From positions 11,222,001-11,286,000 of the forward strand of contig JANJGN010000034.1 of assembly GCA_026770705.1 (NCBI GenBank): 64,000 nucleotides of DNA, in the 5' to 3' direction. This document shows positions 62,861 through 64,000 of this stretch, in pieces; within the stretch, counting starts at the first letter, position 1; each line of letters starts with the position of its first letter. A program made the translations under genes and the position numbers. Source of the DNA: Isurus oxyrinchus (taxonomy: Eukaryota). Under the pieces are notes generated by a model. The model ran no database searches. It saw nothing but the letters and a program-made list of their open reading frames with translations, and was not told where the DNA came from.

Positions 62861-64000
62861 ATAGCGTCAACATCCACATTTCTACACCGCACATTTACCT
62901 GGATGATACCATGGAATAAATGGTTGAATTATGGAGATAATGTGATCTTCCATTTCATGAGATTTGGAAGCTGGTGAAAGATCTGAATGAGAAGTTTAAT
63001 GTGTTAAGCGGATTCCCTGCACGGAGAATCAAGGTTACCAAGACATAGTCTAAATTTTGAACTTGTTTCGAGGGCGTTGTTCATATGTGGCTCATCGCTA
63101 GTGCATCAGAAGCTATTAATGGTCTTCGAATTAAAGCACTGAGTTGAACAACAGAGCAGAGGTGTGGCTGGAGGCCATAATGTTTCACCGTCATAGGCTG
63201 CAGGAGGCTTAGAGGGAAGGGCTCAGTGATCAAAGTAACAAAGTGAGACATCTGAAAATGATTACAGCATTGGTATTGCTCTGTCAGACAGGAAATCCAG
63301 CTTCCAGAAAGAGAGACAGTGAGGGATGATGCGAAAATGAATGGTGCTTATCATTACTTTCTAGAGTGATCCGAGAGTAATTCGGCAGCTTCGGTGTGGG
63401 AATGTGATGCTTGATGTATCCCACTAAGATTTGGTTAAGTATAGCTCACCCAGTTGTGTGCAGAAACAATAATGGCAATTCCCTGATGAAATAGAGACAG
63501 GTGTCATTGCAAGGGGGACAACCCGAATTAGAAACAGCAAAGTTATTCCTGGAAACAGTAGATTAAACCTGTGGATAAGTTATTGGTTGAATACATTGCC
63601 AACTGCAGATGTTTCACGATGAATTGAAAGGAAGAGGTCAGCCAGCTGACACATTGAAAGCAGCTTCGTCAATGAAAAGCAGACAGATTTTTTTTTGTTT
63701 CCAGAGGAAATCAATAAGGGAAGTGGGGAGCAATTTGTAAGTGTGTGATGAAGACAATCGACGTCGGGAATCCAGTTCATAGGTGGCACTGTATATCAAT
63801 AGCAAGAATTATGTGAAGGGAGTGGTTTACTGATCTCAGAATGGGACTGACATCAGAGAAGGGAAGCCAAACTGAGCTTAGATGCAGACTCAAATCATAA
63901 ACGCAAGCAATCGCTCATTAGAGATTGGGAAACGATACTTAATGGTGCATTATGCTGGTGGCAGTTTAAAAATATATATAAAGGAGACGGAGCGAAATCT

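Noticed and set aside
1-64000. IgC2 exons, RSS/V(D)J signals, tRNA/rRNA genes, CRISPR arrays, prokaryotic operons
   Set aside because: None seen; the V exons end at splice donors rather than heptamer-nonamer signals, and the DNA is vertebrate-like

Overview
Eukaryotic, repeat-rich, low-CpG DNA. The CR1/L2 LINE, Penelope-like and Harbinger repeats look like those of a cartilaginous fish (shark; inference). Most ORFs in the six-frame track are repeat fragments or noise. Reading the minus strand by splice sites shows a tandem cluster of CEACAM-like immunoglobulin-superfamily receptor genes. One gene has an intact-looking start: a signal exon at 2116-2167 and a Cys-less IgV exon at 1638-1955; the rest lies left of the window. 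Two pseudogenised 5' halves (signal exon plus two tandem IgV exons) sit at ~36.9-37.7 kb and ~60.4-61.2 kb. Three copies of a 3' half carry small cytoplasmic exons, two of them also a transmembrane exon. The cytoplasmic exons splice into a tail with an SxYxxI motif followed by a split-exon ITAM (YMGL-x7-YSEL) and a 7-nt coding terminal exon. The ORF track shows none of these 3' exons. The window is a mosaic of multi-kb segmental duplications, deletions and later TE insertions, including Penelope-type inverted repeats with hammerhead-ribozyme-like cores. All alignments and identities were judged by eye; no database search was run.
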